From Vicinamibacterales bacterium (GTDB lineage Bacteria > Acidobacteriota > Vicinamibacteria > Vicinamibacterales > UBA8438), in contig OZ253543.1 in the NCBI GenBank assembly GCA_965262555.1, positions 1,413,583 to 1,477,582 on the forward strand: DNA of 64,000 nt. Direction: 5' to 3'. How positions within the stretch are numbered: position 1 is the stretch's first letter; the number at the start of each line of letters is the position of its first letter. The notes below the pieces were generated by a model. That model did no database searches and had not been told where the DNA came from. It saw only the letters and a program-made list of their open reading frames with translations. Below are positions 9,367 through 20,477 of this stretch, piece by piece. A program made the translations under genes and the position numbers.

Positions 9367-10316
9367 TCGCGTTCGTCTTTCCCGGCCAGGGATCCCAGCG
9401 GGTCGGGATGGGGAGGGCGCTGGCCGAGGCGTTTACTGTCTGCCGGGAGGCGTTCGCGGAGGCTGACGCTGCGCTGGGTGAACCGATCAGCCGGCTCTGC
9501 TTCGATGGCCCGGAGGATCAGCTCACGCTCACGGCGAACACGCAGCCGGCAATTCTGGCGATGAGCATGGCGGTTGATCGGCTGCTCCGGAGCCGCGGCC
9601 ACGAGCCGGCATTCCTCGCAGGGCACAGTCTGGGGGAATACTCGGCGCAGGTCGCCGCCGGCACGATCGGGTTTGCCGACGCGCTCCGGATCGTCCGTCG
9701 TCGGGGCGAGTACATGCAGATGGCGGTCCCGGTGGGGAAGGGGGCCATGGCGGCCGTTCTCGGCCTCGACGCCGACGGCGTGGAGCAGGCGTGCCGAGAG
9801 GCGGCAGATGGCGAGGTGGTCAGCCCCGCCAACTGGAACGCGCCGGGCCACGTCACGATCGCCGGGACGGCGGCGGCGGTGGAACGCACGGCCTCGCGAG
9901 CCCGCGAGTTGGGGGCGCGGCGTGTCATGCCGTTGCCGGTCAGCGCGCCGTTCCACTGTGCGCTGATGCAGCCGGCCGAGGCACGGCTCGCGCCGGAACT
10001 GCACGCGCTGGTGGTCGCGAACCCTGCCGTACCGGTGGTGGCCAATGTCGATGCCGAACCGAAGCGGACCGGACCGGAGGCGATCGACGCCCTGATCCGC
10101 CAGGTGAGTGCACCGGTGCAGTGGGAAGCGGTCGTGCGGCGGCTCGCGGCCGAGGGCGTGACGACGGTGGTTGAGGTGGGACCGGGGCGTGTGCTGAGCG
10201 GACTGATTCGGAAGATCGATCGCACGCTCACCGTCGTGAATGTCGAAGATCCCGACAGTCTCAACGCGGCCGAAGGGGCCCTCGCCACCGCGCGCGCGTC
10301 GGAGGCGGGCCGATGA
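9363..10316 (+). CDS. fabD: Malonyl-CoA:ACP transacylase FabD
   Basis: The match rests on FVFPGQGSQRVGMG...LAGHSLGEYSA...SAPFHCALM. There is an ATGA overlap with plsX. Confidence 0.9.
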   Translation: MIAFVFPGQGSQRVGMGRALAEAFTVCREAFAEADAALGEPISRLCFDGPEDQLTLTANTQPAILAMSMAVDRLLRSRGHEPAFLAGHSLGEYSAQVAAGTIGFADALRIVRRRGEYMQMAVPVGKGAMAAVLGLDADGVEQACREAADGEVVSPANWNAPGHVTIAGTAAAVERTASRARELGARRVMPLPVSAPFHCALMQPAEARLAPELHALVVANPAVPVVANVDAEPKRTGPEAIDALIRQVSAPVQWEAVVRRLAAEGVTTVVEVGPGRVLSGLIRKIDRTLTVVNVEDPDSLNAAEGALATARASEAGR

Positions 10317-11053
10317 ACGGTCTGGACGGACGCGTTGCGCTCGTGACCGGCGCATCGCGGGGTCTCGGCCGGGCGATTGCGCTTCGCCTCGCGGCGTCCG
10401 GTGCGGCGGTGGTGGCGGGTGCGCGGGCGGATCATGCCGATGCAGTGCGCCAGGAGATCGAACAGGCTGGCGGTGCTGCGGTGGCAGTGGCGCTCGATGT
10501 GACCGAACCGGCGTCGGTGTCGGCCGCAGCCGAGACGGCGCTCGACCGGTTCGGCCGAATCGACATCCTGGTGAATAACGCTGGGATCGTCCGTGATCAA
10601 CTGCTGATGCGGATGAAGCGGGACGACTGGGACGCGGTCATGGCGACGAACCTGACGTCCGCCTACGCCTGCTGTCAGGCGGTGCTCCGGCCGATGCTGA
10701 AGCAGCGCGCCGGACGGATCGTCAACATCGCCTCGGTCGTCGGTCAGTCGGGCAACCCGGGCCAGGCAAACTACGCGGCGTCGAAGGCGGGGCTGATTGG
10801 CTTCACCAAGTCGCTGGCGCAGGAAGTGGCGTCGCGAGGCATTACCGTCAACGTGGTGGCGCCCGGGATGATCGAAACCGACATGACGGCCGGGCTCGAC
10901 GAGCGGGCGCGGGCGGCGCTGGTGGATCGGATTCCGATGGGACGTCTGGGGTCGCCGAACGAGGTGGCGGGCGTTGTCGGCTTTCTCGCGTCGGATGAAG
11001 CAGCGTATATTACAGGCCAAGTCGTCGGAGTCAACGGTGGGATGTACATGTAG
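10313..11053 (+). CDS. fabG: 3-oxoacyl-ACP reductase FabG
   Basis: It has SDR motifs (VTGASRGLGRAIA, NNAGI, YAASKAG) and the typical C-terminus ITGQVVGVNGGMYM. Confidence 0.9.
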   Translation: MNGLDGRVALVTGASRGLGRAIALRLAASGAAVVAGARADHADAVRQEIEQAGGAAVAVALDVTEPASVSAAAETALDRFGRIDILVNNAGIVRDQLLMRMKRDDWDAVMATNLTSAYACCQAVLRPMLKQRAGRIVNIASVVGQSGNPGQANYAASKAGLIGFTKSLAQEVASRGITVNVVAPGMIETDMTAGLDERARAALVDRIPMGRLGSPNEVAGVVGFLASDEAAYITGQVVGVNGGMYM

Positions 11054-11065
11054 GAGGCTGAGTGC

Positions 11066-11308
11066 ATGGCGGTCGCTGACAAGGTAAAGAACATCATTGT
11101 GGAGCAGTTGGGTGTGGATGAGGAGGAGGTCACGCCGGATGCGTCGTTCGTCGATGATCTGGGCGCCGACTCGCTCGACACGGTCGAACTGGTGATGGCG
11201 TTCGAGGAGGAATTCGGTCTTGAGATTCCGGACGGGGATGCGGAGAAGATCACCCGCGTGAAGGAGGCCGTCGACTACATTGAGTCCCACACCAAGGACT
11301 CGAAGTAG
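11066..11308 (+). CDS. acpP: Acyl carrier protein
   Basis: It is 80 aa and carries the [20 protein letters not shown] phosphopantetheine-attachment motif. Confidence 0.95.
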   Translation: MAVADKVKNIIVEQLGVDEEEVTPDASFVDDLGADSLDTVELVMAFEEEFGLEIPDGDAEKITRVKEAVDYIESHTKDSK

Positions 11309-11340
11309 ACGCGGCGGACGCACCGACGGGAGAACCACCC

Positions 11341-12582
11341 TTGCCAAGGCGCGTCGCGGTTACCGGGGTCGGCTTGGTGTCGTCGCTCGGTATTGGGACC
11401 AGCGCCAACTGGAAGGCGCTGCTGGCCGGCCGGTCCGGCATCCGGCCCATCACCCACTTCGACGCCTCCGAATTCGCATCGCGAATTGCGGGCGAAGTGC
11501 CTGACTTCGACCCGCTTGCGTTCCTGGCCAAGAAAGACGTCCGCAAGATGGACGTCTTTATCCAGTTCGCCATCGCGGCCTCGGAGTTTGCGGTGCAGGA
11601 TGCCGGGTTGCCGACCGACCGGACGCTCGGCCCGGAGGTGGGCGTCTTCATCGCGTCCGGCATCGGTGGGTTCAGTACGATCGAGCGGGAGCACCGTGCG
11701 CTGCTCGCCGGCGGTCCGCGGAAGATCTCGCCGTTCTTTATTCCGTCGGCCATCATCAATCTGGCGGCGGGACAGGTGTCGATCCGCTTCGGCGCGCAGG
11801 GCCCGAACTTAGCCACCTGCACCGCCTGCGCGGCGTCGGCGCATGCCATCGGCGACTCCTACGAGATCATCCGGCGGGGCGACGCCGAGGTGATGATCGC
11901 CGGCGGATCCGAGGCGTCGATTACGCCAATGGGGGTGGGCGGCTTCGCCGCGATGCGTGCGCTCTCGACGCGCAACGACGAGCCGGAGCGCGCTTGCCGG
12001 CCGTTCGATCAGAACCGCGATGGGTTCGTCGTTGGCGAGGGCTCGGGTGTCGTGATCCTCGAGGAGCTGGATCGGGCGCGCGCCCGGGGTGCGTCCATCT
12101 ATTGCGAACTGGTCGGCTACGGGATGTCAGCCGACGCGTTCCACATGACGGCGCCGGCCGAGAGTGGCGACGGCGCCATCCGTGTCATGCGGAACACGCT
12201 CCGATCGGCCGGGGTCGAACCGGACGTGGTGGACTACATCAACGCGCACGGCACGTCGACTCCGCACAACGACCGGACCGAGACCCTCGCGATCAGGCAG
12301 TGCTTCGGTGACCACGCCTCACGGTTGGCCATCTCCTCCACGAAGTCGATGACCGGTCATCTGCTGGGCGCGGCAGGCGGCCTCGAGGCGGGAATTTCCG
12401 CGCTCGCGATCCGCCACCAGGTGGTTCCACCCACGATCAACCTGGAGCATCCAGACCCGGACTGCGACCTGGACTACGTGCCGAACGTGAAGCGCGAGAT
12501 GTCGATCACGTACGCCCTTTCTAACTCGTTCGGGTTCGGCGGCACCAACGCCAGCCTGCTGCTCCGTCGGTACGACGGCTGA
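11341..12582 (+). CDS. fabF: 3-oxoacyl-ACP synthase II FabF
   Basis: The match rests on RRVAVTGVGLVSSLG...TACAAS...NAHGTSTPHND...SNSFGFGGTNASLL. The start codon is TTG. Confidence 0.9.
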   Translation: MPRRVAVTGVGLVSSLGIGTSANWKALLAGRSGIRPITHFDASEFASRIAGEVPDFDPLAFLAKKDVRKMDVFIQFAIAASEFAVQDAGLPTDRTLGPEVGVFIASGIGGFSTIEREHRALLAGGPRKISPFFIPSAIINLAAGQVSIRFGAQGPNLATCTACAASAHAIGDSYEIIRRGDAEVMIAGGSEASITPMGVGGFAAMRALSTRNDEPERACRPFDQNRDGFVVGEGSGVVILEELDRARARGASIYCELVGYGMSADAFHMTAPAESGDGAIRVMRNTLRSAGVEPDVVDYINAHGTSTPHNDRTETLAIRQCFGDHASRLAISSTKSMTGHLLGAAGGLEAGISALAIRHQVVPPTINLEHPDPDCDLDYVPNVKREMSITYALSNSFGFGGTNASLLLRRYDG

Positions 12583-12600
12583 CCGTCGACCGCCATTCCG

Positions 12601-13377
12601 ATGAAGATCGCCGTCTGTCTCAAGCAGGTCGTCACGCGCGACTGGCCGCTGCGCGTGGCGGAATCCGGCGCCTGGGTGCGCGACACGGACGCCACGTTCG
12701 AGATGAACGAGCCGGACGCCTATGCCCTCGAAGAGGCGCTCCGGCTGAAGGAACGGCTTGGCGGCGACGGCAGCGAAGTGGTGGCCTGCTCGGCCGGCCC
12801 GACGCGCGTCACGCAGGTGATCCGCGAGGCGCTCGCCCGCGGGGCCGATCGCGCGATCCATGTCGAAAGCGACGCGCTGGTGGAGGCCGACGCCGCCGTC
12901 ATGGCGGCGGCGCTCGCGGGCGCGATCCGCGACGAGCAGTTCGACCTCGTGCTGACCGGCCTGCAGTCGGACGATCAGGGCTTCGGCCAGACCGGCGTCA
13001 TCATGGCGGAAGGGCTCGGCCTGCCGCACGCGACGATCATCATGGAGGTAGACGCGCGGGCCGATGGCACGCTCCGCGTCAAGCGGGAGCTCGAGGGCGG
13101 CTGGTTTCAGTGGATGACATTGCCACTGCCGGCGCTGCTGACCATTCAGAGCGGTATCAACCAGCTCCGCTATGCGACGCTCCGCGGGATCATGGCCTCG
13201 AAGAGGAAGGAGATCCGGACGGTGACGCCGGACGTCGGCGACATCGCGCCAGGACAGCGGATCGTGCAGGTCTACGCGCCGGAGAGGTCGGGTGACACCC
13301 ACCTGATCGAGGGCTCGCCCAACGAGGCGGCGCGCGAGTTGATCCGCCTGCTGCGGGAGGAGGCGCGGGTACTGTGA
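12601..13377 (+). CDS. etfB: Electron transfer flavoprotein beta subunit
   Basis: The match rests on MKIAVCLKQV...DLVLTGLQSDD...LPALLTIQSGINQLRYATL. Confidence 0.9.
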   Translation: MKIAVCLKQVVTRDWPLRVAESGAWVRDTDATFEMNEPDAYALEEALRLKERLGGDGSEVVACSAGPTRVTQVIREALARGADRAIHVESDALVEADAAVMAAALAGAIRDEQFDLVLTGLQSDDQGFGQTGVIMAEGLGLPHATIIMEVDARADGTLRVKRELEGGWFQWMTLPLPALLTIQSGINQLRYATLRGIMASKRKEIRTVTPDVGDIAPGQRIVQVYAPERSGDTHLIEGSPNEAARELIRLLREEARVL

Positions 13378-14378
13378 TCCTGGCGATCGGCGAGCAGCGA
13401 GACGGCTCGCTCAACCCTGCCACGTGGGAAGTGGTGGCGGCAGCGCAGCAGATCGCCGATGCCGCGGAGGGGCCCGCCGGTCCGGTGGCGGTGGCGCTCG
13501 CGGGCGCTGGCGACACGCTGGCGTCGGCGGCGCGGGCGCTGGCCGCGGCGGACATCGCTGAGGTGATCGCCGTCGACCACACGCTGCTCGAACCGTACAC
13601 CGCCGACGGCTTCACGATGGCGCACGCGCAAGTGGTCGAGCAGCTCTCGCCCGATCTCGTACTGTGGCCGCATACCTACCAGACGCGAGACTATGCACCG
13701 GCGCTGGCGGCGCGGATCGGGAGGGTGCTGATTCCCGACTGCATCGGCACGAAGGGGCGCGACGGCCAGAGGGTCTTCGTCCGTCCGATGTTTCAGGGGA
13801 AGTTCGTCGCCGACGTGGTGGCGGACGGCGCCTCGCCGCACTGCGCCAGCATTCAGATCGGCGCGTACCGCGCCGAAGCGGCGCGGCGCGGCGAAACGCC
13901 AACTGCGATCCGGCCGGTGACGGTCACGCTCGACGCCGCCGCGATCCGGCAGCAGCCCGACGCGCCGTTCAAGGAGGCGAAGCAGGCAGTCGACTTGACG
14001 CGGGCAGAACGGATCGTCGCGGTCGGGCGCGGCATCAAGGATGCCGAACACCTGTCAATCGTGCAGGAGCTGGCACGCGCGCTCGACGCCGAGGTCGCGG
14101 CCTCACGTCCAATCTGCGACGCCGGGTGGCTCCCGATGGACCGGCAGATCGGCAGCTCAGGCCAGACCGTGGCGCCGGCGCTGTACCTGGCGCTGGGGAT
14201 CTCCGGCGCGATTCAGCACCTGGTCGGAATGAAGGGGGCGCGCACCATTGTCGCCGTCAACAAGGACGCTGACGCGCCGATCTTCGAAGTGGCGCACTAC
14301 GGCATCGTCGGGGACCTGTTCGAGATCATCCCGGCGTTACAGGCGGCGCTTGAGGGTGGAGACCCCGGGGGAGACTGA
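13374..14378 (+). CDS. etfA: Electron transfer flavoprotein alpha subunit
   Basis: It has the C-terminal FAD-binding motif QIGSSGQTVAPALYLALGISGAIQHLVGMKGARTIVAVNKDADAPIF. There is a GTGA overlap with etfB. Confidence 0.9.
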   Translation: MILAIGEQRDGSLNPATWEVVAAAQQIADAAEGPAGPVAVALAGAGDTLASAARALAAADIAEVIAVDHTLLEPYTADGFTMAHAQVVEQLSPDLVLWPHTYQTRDYAPALAARIGRVLIPDCIGTKGRDGQRVFVRPMFQGKFVADVVADGASPHCASIQIGAYRAEAARRGETPTAIRPVTVTLDAAAIRQQPDAPFKEAKQAVDLTRAERIVAVGRGIKDAEHLSIVQELARALDAEVAASRPICDAGWLPMDRQIGSSGQTVAPALYLALGISGAIQHLVGMKGARTIVAVNKDADAPIFEVAHYGIVGDLFEIIPALQAALEGGDPGGD

Positions 14379-14422
14379 CCCTGGATCCGACCGCGGCCGA
14401 TCGCGACACGCTTGATGTCGAC

Positions 14423-16054
14423 GTGGTGATCGTCGGCGGCGGGCCGGCCGGCCTTAGTGCGGCGTACCACCTGGCACAGCTCAATCGCGCGGCCGGTGGC
14501 AGGCCGCTCACGATCGCGCTGCTCGAGAAGGCGCGCGCCGCAGGCGCGCACATGCTCTCGGGCGCCGTGCTCGACCCGTCGGCGCTCGACGCACTGATTC
14601 CCGACTGGAAGGATCGGGGCGCGCCGCTCGACACCCCGGTCGTGCGCGACACCATCTACTTCCTGACCGGGCGGCGCGCCATCCCGTTTCCCTTCACCCC
14701 GCCACCGCTCCGGAACCATGGGCACTACGTCATCTCGCTCAACCGCTTCGCCGCCTGGTTGACCGGGCAGGTGGAACAGGCAGGGGTGGACGTCTTCACC
14801 GGGTTCGCAGCCGCCGAGCTGCTGTACGAGGGCGACCGTGTCGTGGGCGTCCGGACGGGCGACCGGGGCATCGGGAAGGATGGCGCGCGCCGGCCGACCT
14901 TCGAGCCGGGCGTCGACATCCGGGCGCAGGTGACGCTCCTGGCCGACGGCGTCCGGGGCAACCTGACGAAGACGCTGATCCGGCGGTTCGGCCTCGATGC
15001 ACGTCGCCTGCCGCAGACCTATGCGATCGGCATCAAGGAGCTGTGGGAGGTGGATCCGGATCGCCTCGCGCCCGGATCGGTGATCCACACGATGGGGCAT
15101 CCGCTCCGGTGGGAGGAGTTCGGCGGCGGCTTCATCTATGCGCTGCCCGAGGGGCGGCTGTCGGTCGGCTTCGTCGCCGGACTCGACTACCGCGACCCGC
15201 TGTTCGATCCGCATGTGGCCTTCCAGCGGTTCAAGCGCCATCCACTGGTCGCGCGCCTCCTCGACGGGGGGCAGATGGTCCGTTACGGTGCGAAGGCGTT
15301 GCCGGAGGGGGGGTGGCACGCGATGCCGCGCTGCCACGTCGACGGCGCGCTCATCCTGGGTGATGCGGGCGGCTTCCTGAACTCGATGCGCCTGAAGGGG
15401 ATCCACCTGGCGATGCACAGCGGGATGGCGGCGGCCGAAGCGGCGTTCGACGCGATCCAGGCGGGCGACACATCGGCGGCGCACCTCGCCAGTTACGCGC
15501 GGCTGATCGATGAGGGACCGATCCGGCGCGAACTGTACCCGGTTCGGAACGTGCATCAGGCGTTCGGCGCCGGACTGCTGCCGGGCCTTCTCTATTCGGG
15601 GCTGTCGTTGCTGACCGGGGGCTGGTGGCTGCGCGACCCGATCCGGTCTCATGCCGGGCATGAACGTATACGGACGGTGGATGACTACTATCGCGGCGCG
15701 GCGGCGCCGGTGGCACCCAGCGCCACGATCGACCGCACGCTGACCTTCGACCGGCTGACCAACGTCCACTATTCGGGGACGCGTCACGACGAGAATCAGC
15801 CGTCGCACCTGATTGTCCATGACACCGACATCTGCCGTACGCGCTGCGTCGAGGAGTACCGCAACCCCTGCACGCGGTTCTGTCCCGCCAACGTCTATGA
15901 GATCATCGATGCCGGCGCCGGGGAGGGGAAGCGTCTGCAGGTGAACGCATCGAACTGCGTCCACTGCAAGACGTGCGACATCATGGACCCGTACCAGATC
16001 ATCGACTGGGTGCCGCCCGAGGGGGGCGGCGGCCCGCAGTACGAAGGGATGTGA
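14423..16054 (+). CDS. Electron-transfer flavoprotein:quinone oxidoreductase (ETF-QO)
   Basis: It has the dinucleotide fold VVIVGGGPAGLSAAY and the C-terminal 4Fe-4S motif CPANVYE...NCVHCKTCDIMDP...W.PPEGGGGPQY. The true start may lie slightly upstream, because the frame stays open and CTG is the only candidate start there. Confidence 0.85.
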   Translation: MVIVGGGPAGLSAAYHLAQLNRAAGGRPLTIALLEKARAAGAHMLSGAVLDPSALDALIPDWKDRGAPLDTPVVRDTIYFLTGRRAIPFPFTPPPLRNHGHYVISLNRFAAWLTGQVEQAGVDVFTGFAAAELLYEGDRVVGVRTGDRGIGKDGARRPTFEPGVDIRAQVTLLADGVRGNLTKTLIRRFGLDARRLPQTYAIGIKELWEVDPDRLAPGSVIHTMGHPLRWEEFGGGFIYALPEGRLSVGFVAGLDYRDPLFDPHVAFQRFKRHPLVARLLDGGQMVRYGAKALPEGGWHAMPRCHVDGALILGDAGGFLNSMRLKGIHLAMHSGMAAAEAAFDAIQAGDTSAAHLASYARLIDEGPIRRELYPVRNVHQAFGAGLLPGLLYSGLSLLTGGWWLRDPIRSHAGHERIRTVDDYYRGAAAPVAPSATIDRTLTFDRLTNVHYSGTRHDENQPSHLIVHDTDICRTRCVEEYRNPCTRFCPANVYEIIDAGAGEGKRLQVNASNCVHCKTCDIMDPYQIIDWVPPEGGGGPQYEGM

Positions 16055-16773
16055 CCGAGGAGGCGGCCCGCCGCGACGATGCGTCCAGGCGGCTGTCGTT
16101 CCGCCAGCGGACGCTCGCAGGGCTGATCGGCGCCGCCGGCGCGCCGGTTGTCGATGCGATCTGCCGGTCGCAGCACTGGCGCGTCGAAGGGATGGCGCAC
16201 CATGAGGCGATCATCGCATCAGGCCGGCAGCCGATCCTCGCGTTCTGGCATGGCCGGGTGCTGCACGCCACCTGGTTCTGGCGCCATCGCGGCATTGTCG
16301 TCATGATCAGCGAGAACTTCGACGGGGAGTGGATCGGCCGGCTGATCCGCTGGTTCGGTTACCGGACCGCGCGCGGCTCGTCGTCGCGCGGCGGCGCGCG
16401 CGCCATGGTTCGGATGCGCCGGCTCGGGGCTGACGGCGTTCCCACTGGCTTTGCCGTCGATGGCCCGCGCGGCCCGGCGCGCTCAGTGCAGCCTGGCGCC
16501 GTCTGGCTTGCCAGCCTGACCGGCCAGCCGGTGCTGCCGTTCCATGCCGAGTCGGATCGCTACTGGACGGCCGGGAGTTGGGACGGGACGCAGATCCCCA
16601 AGCCGTTCGCGCGCGCCGCGATGGTGATCGGCGCCCCAATCGACGTGCCGCGCCAGCTTGGTCACGAGGTGATGGCCGCGAAGCAGCAGGAGCTGGCTGA
16701 TGCGCTCGCCGCACTGGCGGAGCGTGCAACGGTCCTGGCGGCGGCCCCGCGGCGCGTACCGGAGAAGGGGTGA
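16051..16773 (+). CDS. DUF374 / lysophospholipid acyltransferase-family protein
   Basis: The match rests on ILAFWHGRVLHATWFWRHRGIVVMISENFDGEWI...RGSSSRGGARA...VDGPRGPARSVQPGAVWLA. A GTG start at 16051 overlaps the ETF-QO stop. Confidence 0.7.
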   Translation: MTEEAARRDDASRRLSFRQRTLAGLIGAAGAPVVDAICRSQHWRVEGMAHHEAIIASGRQPILAFWHGRVLHATWFWRHRGIVVMISENFDGEWIGRLIRWFGYRTARGSSSRGGARAMVRMRRLGADGVPTGFAVDGPRGPARSVQPGAVWLASLTGQPVLPFHAESDRYWTAGSWDGTQIPKPFARAAMVIGAPIDVPRQLGHEVMAAKQQELADALAALAERATVLAAAPRRVPEKG

Positions 16774-17816
16774 CGATGGCGCTGGCCGACGTGCTGCTGA
16801 TCGCCTCGCCGCGCTTCGCCGCGCACCAAACGCCGGCGGGCCACCCGGAACGGCCGGCCCGCGCGGAGGTGATGACTCATGTTGCCGCACGGTGGCGGTC
16901 GGCGGGCGGCCGGGTCGTCGAGCCTGAGGCGGTGACGGACGACGCGCTCGCGCGCGTGCACGACGCGGACTACCTCGGCGGCATCGCGGCAACCGCCGGC
17001 CGGCGCGTCCGCCTCGACCCGGACACCTATGCGTCGCCTGAGTCGGCGACCATCGCGCGTCTTGCGGCCGGCGCGATCATCGCGGCGGTCGACCATGCGC
17101 TGGACCACGATGCACCCGGCCTCGCGTTCGTCCGGCCGCCGGGCCACCACGCCGAGCAGGCGCGCGCCATGGGCTTCTGTCTGTACAACAACGCGGCGGT
17201 GGCGGCGGCGCACGCCCGCGCGCGAGGCGTGTCGCGCGTGGCGGTGGTCGACTACGACGTGCACCATGGCAACGGGACGCAATGGATCTTCTACGACGAT
17301 CCGAGCGTGCTGTACGTCTCGACGCATCAGTCTCCGTTCTATCCCGGCACCGGCGCGGTAGACGATGTGGGACGCGGCGACGGCGCGGGGGCGACGCTCA
17401 ACATTCCGCTCGCAGCGGGGGCCACCGACGCCGATCAGGACCTGGCGTTCCGCGACATCATCCTCCCGGTCCTCGGCGCGTTCGGTCCGGATCTTCTGAT
17501 CCTCTCAGCCGGCTTCGACGCGCACGCCGACGATCCGCTCGGCGGGATGCGCCTGACGGTGGAGGGCTTCCGGACGCTCAACCGCCGGTTGCGCGTGTTC
17601 GCAGCCGAGCGGTGCCGGGGCCGCCTCGCCGTGGTGACCGAGGGAGGCTACAGTCTCGAGGCGCTTGAGGCGTGCCTCGACATGACGCTCGCGACCTGTG
17701 CCGAGGATCCGCCGGCGGTGATCCCGGACGTCGCCGGCCCGACCGATATCGCCCGCGTGGTTCTTCCGTCGGTCAGGCAGGCCCAGGCGGCGTACTGGTC
17801 CGACCTTGGCTGGTAG
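16770..17816 (+). CDS. Histone deacetylase-family (acetoin utilisation/acetylpolyamine amidohydrolase-like) protein
   Basis: The match rests on FVRPPGHHAE...GFCLYNN...VVDYDVHHGNGTQ...STHQSPFYPGTG...LSAGFDAH. Confidence 0.85.
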   Translation: MTMALADVLLIASPRFAAHQTPAGHPERPARAEVMTHVAARWRSAGGRVVEPEAVTDDALARVHDADYLGGIAATAGRRVRLDPDTYASPESATIARLAAGAIIAAVDHALDHDAPGLAFVRPPGHHAEQARAMGFCLYNNAAVAAAHARARGVSRVAVVDYDVHHGNGTQWIFYDDPSVLYVSTHQSPFYPGTGAVDDVGRGDGAGATLNIPLAAGATDADQDLAFRDIILPVLGAFGPDLLILSAGFDAHADDPLGGMRLTVEGFRTLNRRLRVFAAERCRGRLAVVTEGGYSLEALEACLDMTLATCAEDPPAVIPDVAGPTDIARVVLPSVRQAQAAYWSDLGW

Positions 17817-17911
17817 CACCTCACCTCCGTCCGCCGGTAGGGTCGAAACTGTAGACTATCGGTCGAGGAACGGGCCGTTGCGCGGCCCCCAGTACCCCGG
17901 CGAGCGTCCCC

Positions 17912-20476
17912 GTGCGTGACTACGACCCCCAGGCGATCGATCGGAAATGGCAGCAGCGCTGGCGGGACAGTCGTGCCTTTGAGGTGACGGAGGATCCGGC
18001 CCGCGACCCGTTCTACTGTCTTGTGATGTTCGCCTATCCCTCCGGCCATGCCCATGTCGGCCATGTCCGCAACTACATGATTGGCGATGTCGTCGCCCGG
18101 ATGAAGCGGATGCGCGGCTGCAACGTGCTGCATCCGTTCGGGTGGGACGCCTTCGGCATGCCGGCCGAGAATGCGGCCATCAAGAACAACTCGCACCCGG
18201 AGACCTGGACGCGCGAGAACATCGCGCACATGAGGGATCAGTTGCAGCGTCTCGGCATCAGCTACGCCTGGGAACGTGAAATCGCCACCTGCGATGCGGA
18301 CTACTACCGGTGGAACCAGTGGATCTTCCTCCGGATGTACGAACGCGATCTCGCCTACCGGAAGAAAGCGTCGGTCAACTGGTGCCCCGACTGCCAGACG
18401 GTCCTGGCGAACGAACAGGTGGTGGACGGCGGCTGCTGGCGCTGCGGCGCAACGGTTGGCACGCGCGAGCTGGCGCAGTGGTTCTTCCGGATCACGCGCT
18501 ACGCCGACGAGTTGCTCGACGGCATCGGCACCCTGGATCAATGGCCCGAGAAGGTGTTGACGATGCAGCGCAACTGGATTGGCCGCTCCGAGGGGGCGCT
18601 GATGCAGTTCACGCTGGCGGGGCCGGACGGGACGGCGGGGGAGGGCGCCGAAGGGATCGAGGTCTTCACCACGCGGATCGACACGATCTACGGTGCGACG
18701 TTCGTCCTGCTGGCGCCGGAGCATCCGCTGGTCGAGCGGATCGCGGCGGATCGGGCCGACGGCGAGGCGTTCCTGGCGCACGTGGGGCGTTTCCGGGCGC
18801 TCGACCGGACGGCGCGGCTGACCGGCCAGATCGACAAGGAAGGGATCGACACCGGGCGCGTCGCGATCAACCCGTTCAGCGGCGAGCGTGTGCCGATGTG
18901 GGTCGCGAACTTCGTCCTGGCGGAGTACGGCACCGGCGCGATCATGGCAGTGCCGGCCCACGATCAGCGCGACTTCGAGTTCGCGCGGAAGTACGGCTTG
19001 CCGGTCCGCGTCGTGATTCAGCCGCCCGGCGACACGCTGCCGCCGGGCGACCGGCTGGGGGCGGCGGCGCCGGAGTACGGCCGTCTCGTCGACTCGGGCG
19101 ACTACACCGGCCTCGAGACCGCCGACGCCCAGGGACGCATGATCGCGGCGGCGGAGGCGGGCGGCTTCGGTTGGGGTGAGGTGCAGTTCCGCCTGAAGGA
19201 CTGGGGGATCTCGCGCCAGCGCTACTGGGGAACGCCCATCCCGATCGTCTACTGCGACGCGTGTGGCGCGCAGCCGGTGCCCGACGAACAGCTACCGGTG
19301 GAGCTGCCGCAGGTGGAGACGTTCACTGGCCAGGGCGACTCACCGCTGGCTCAGGTCCACGCGTTCGTCACTACGTCGTGTCCCAGGTGCGGCGGGGCGG
19401 CGCGCCGCGAGACCGACACGATGGACACGTTCGTCGACTCATCGTGGTACTTCTACCGCTACTGCGACCCGACCAACGGCGGCGCCGCGTTCGACCCGGG
19501 GGCGGTCCGGTACTGGGCGCCGATCGACTTCTACTGCGGTGGCGTCGAGCACGCCATCCTGCACCTCATCTACTCCCGCTTCTTCTGTCGCGTCCTGCGC
19601 GACCTGGGGCTGTTGTCGCACGATGAGCCGTTCACGCGGCTGCTGACGCAGGGGATGGTGCTGAAGGACGGCGCCGTGATGTCGAAGTCGAAGGGGAACG
19701 TCGTCGATCCGGACGAAATGATGGCGAGGCATGGCGCCGATGCGCTCCGCCTCTACGAGACGTTCGTCGCTCCGCCCGAGAAGGAGATTGAGTGGACCGA
19801 CGCCGGTCTCGAGGGAAGCGCCCGCTTCCTGGGACGGGTCTGGCGCCTGGTGATGCCGTTCGCCGAGAGGTTCGCCGCGGCGCACGGACCGGTCGCGTTC
19901 GACGACATGACGCTCGACGACGATCAGCAGGCGCTGCGCCGGAAGACCCATCAGACGATCGCGCGCGTCTCGGAGGATCTCGACCCCCGCGTCCATCTCA
20001 ACACGGCGGTTGCCGCGCTGATGGAACTGGTCAACGAGCTGTACGCCTTCTGCGAGCCGCGGAGGCTCGGTCCGTTCTCACGGTTGATCGACGATCCGGC
20101 GGGTGCCGCGTCCGCGCCGGCGCTGGCGGTCGTGCGTGAAGCGATCGAGGCGCTCGTGCTGATGCTGTCCCCGTTTACGCCCCATGTCGCCGAGGAGTTG
20201 TGGGAGGCGTTGGGTCACGCGAACGGCGTGACGGCGGCCGGCTGGCCGGAGGCAGATCCCGAGGTGGCCGCTGGGGAGACGGTGGTCGTGCCGGTGCAGG
20301 TCAACGGCAGGGTGCGGGCGCGCCTGACGGTGCGGGTTGGCGCGTCGCCAGCGGAACTGGAGCGCCTGGCGCTGGCGACGCCGCATGTGAAGGCACACAC
20401 CGAGGGCAAGCGGATCGATCGCGTCCTCGTAGTGCCTGGGCGCATGGTGAGCATCGTTGCGAGAGGACGAATCTGA
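17912..20476 (+). CDS. leuS: Leucyl-tRNA synthetase
   Basis: It is 854 aa with the HIGH-type motif [14 protein letters not shown] and the KMSKS motif VMSKSKGN. The editing-domain layout is typical of bacterial LeuRS. Confidence 0.95.
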   Translation: MRDYDPQAIDRKWQQRWRDSRAFEVTEDPARDPFYCLVMFAYPSGHAHVGHVRNYMIGDVVARMKRMRGCNVLHPFGWDAFGMPAENAAIKNNSHPETWTRENIAHMRDQLQRLGISYAWEREIATCDADYYRWNQWIFLRMYERDLAYRKKASVNWCPDCQTVLANEQVVDGGCWRCGATVGTRELAQWFFRITRYADELLDGIGTLDQWPEKVLTMQRNWIGRSEGALMQFTLAGPDGTAGEGAEGIEVFTTRIDTIYGATFVLLAPEHPLVERIAADRADGEAFLAHVGRFRALDRTARLTGQIDKEGIDTGRVAINPFSGERVPMWVANFVLAEYGTGAIMAVPAHDQRDFEFARKYGLPVRVVIQPPGDTLPPGDRLGAAAPEYGRLVDSGDYTGLETADAQGRMIAAAEAGGFGWGEVQFRLKDWGISRQRYWGTPIPIVYCDACGAQPVPDEQLPVELPQVETFTGQGDSPLAQVHAFVTTSCPRCGGAARRETDTMDTFVDSSWYFYRYCDPTNGGAAFDPGAVRYWAPIDFYCGGVEHAILHLIYSRFFCRVLRDLGLLSHDEPFTRLLTQGMVLKDGAVMSKSKGNVVDPDEMMARHGADALRLYETFVAPPEKEIEWTDAGLEGSARFLGRVWRLVMPFAERFAAAHGPVAFDDMTLDDDQQALRRKTHQTIARVSEDLDPRVHLNTAVAALMELVNELYAFCEPRRLGPFSRLIDDPAGAASAPALAVVREAIEALVLMLSPFTPHVAEELWEALGHANGVTAAGWPEADPEVAAGETVVVPVQVNGRVRARLTVRVGASPAELERLALATPHVKAHTEGKRIDRVLVVPGRMVSIVARGRI

Positions 20477-20477
20477 G

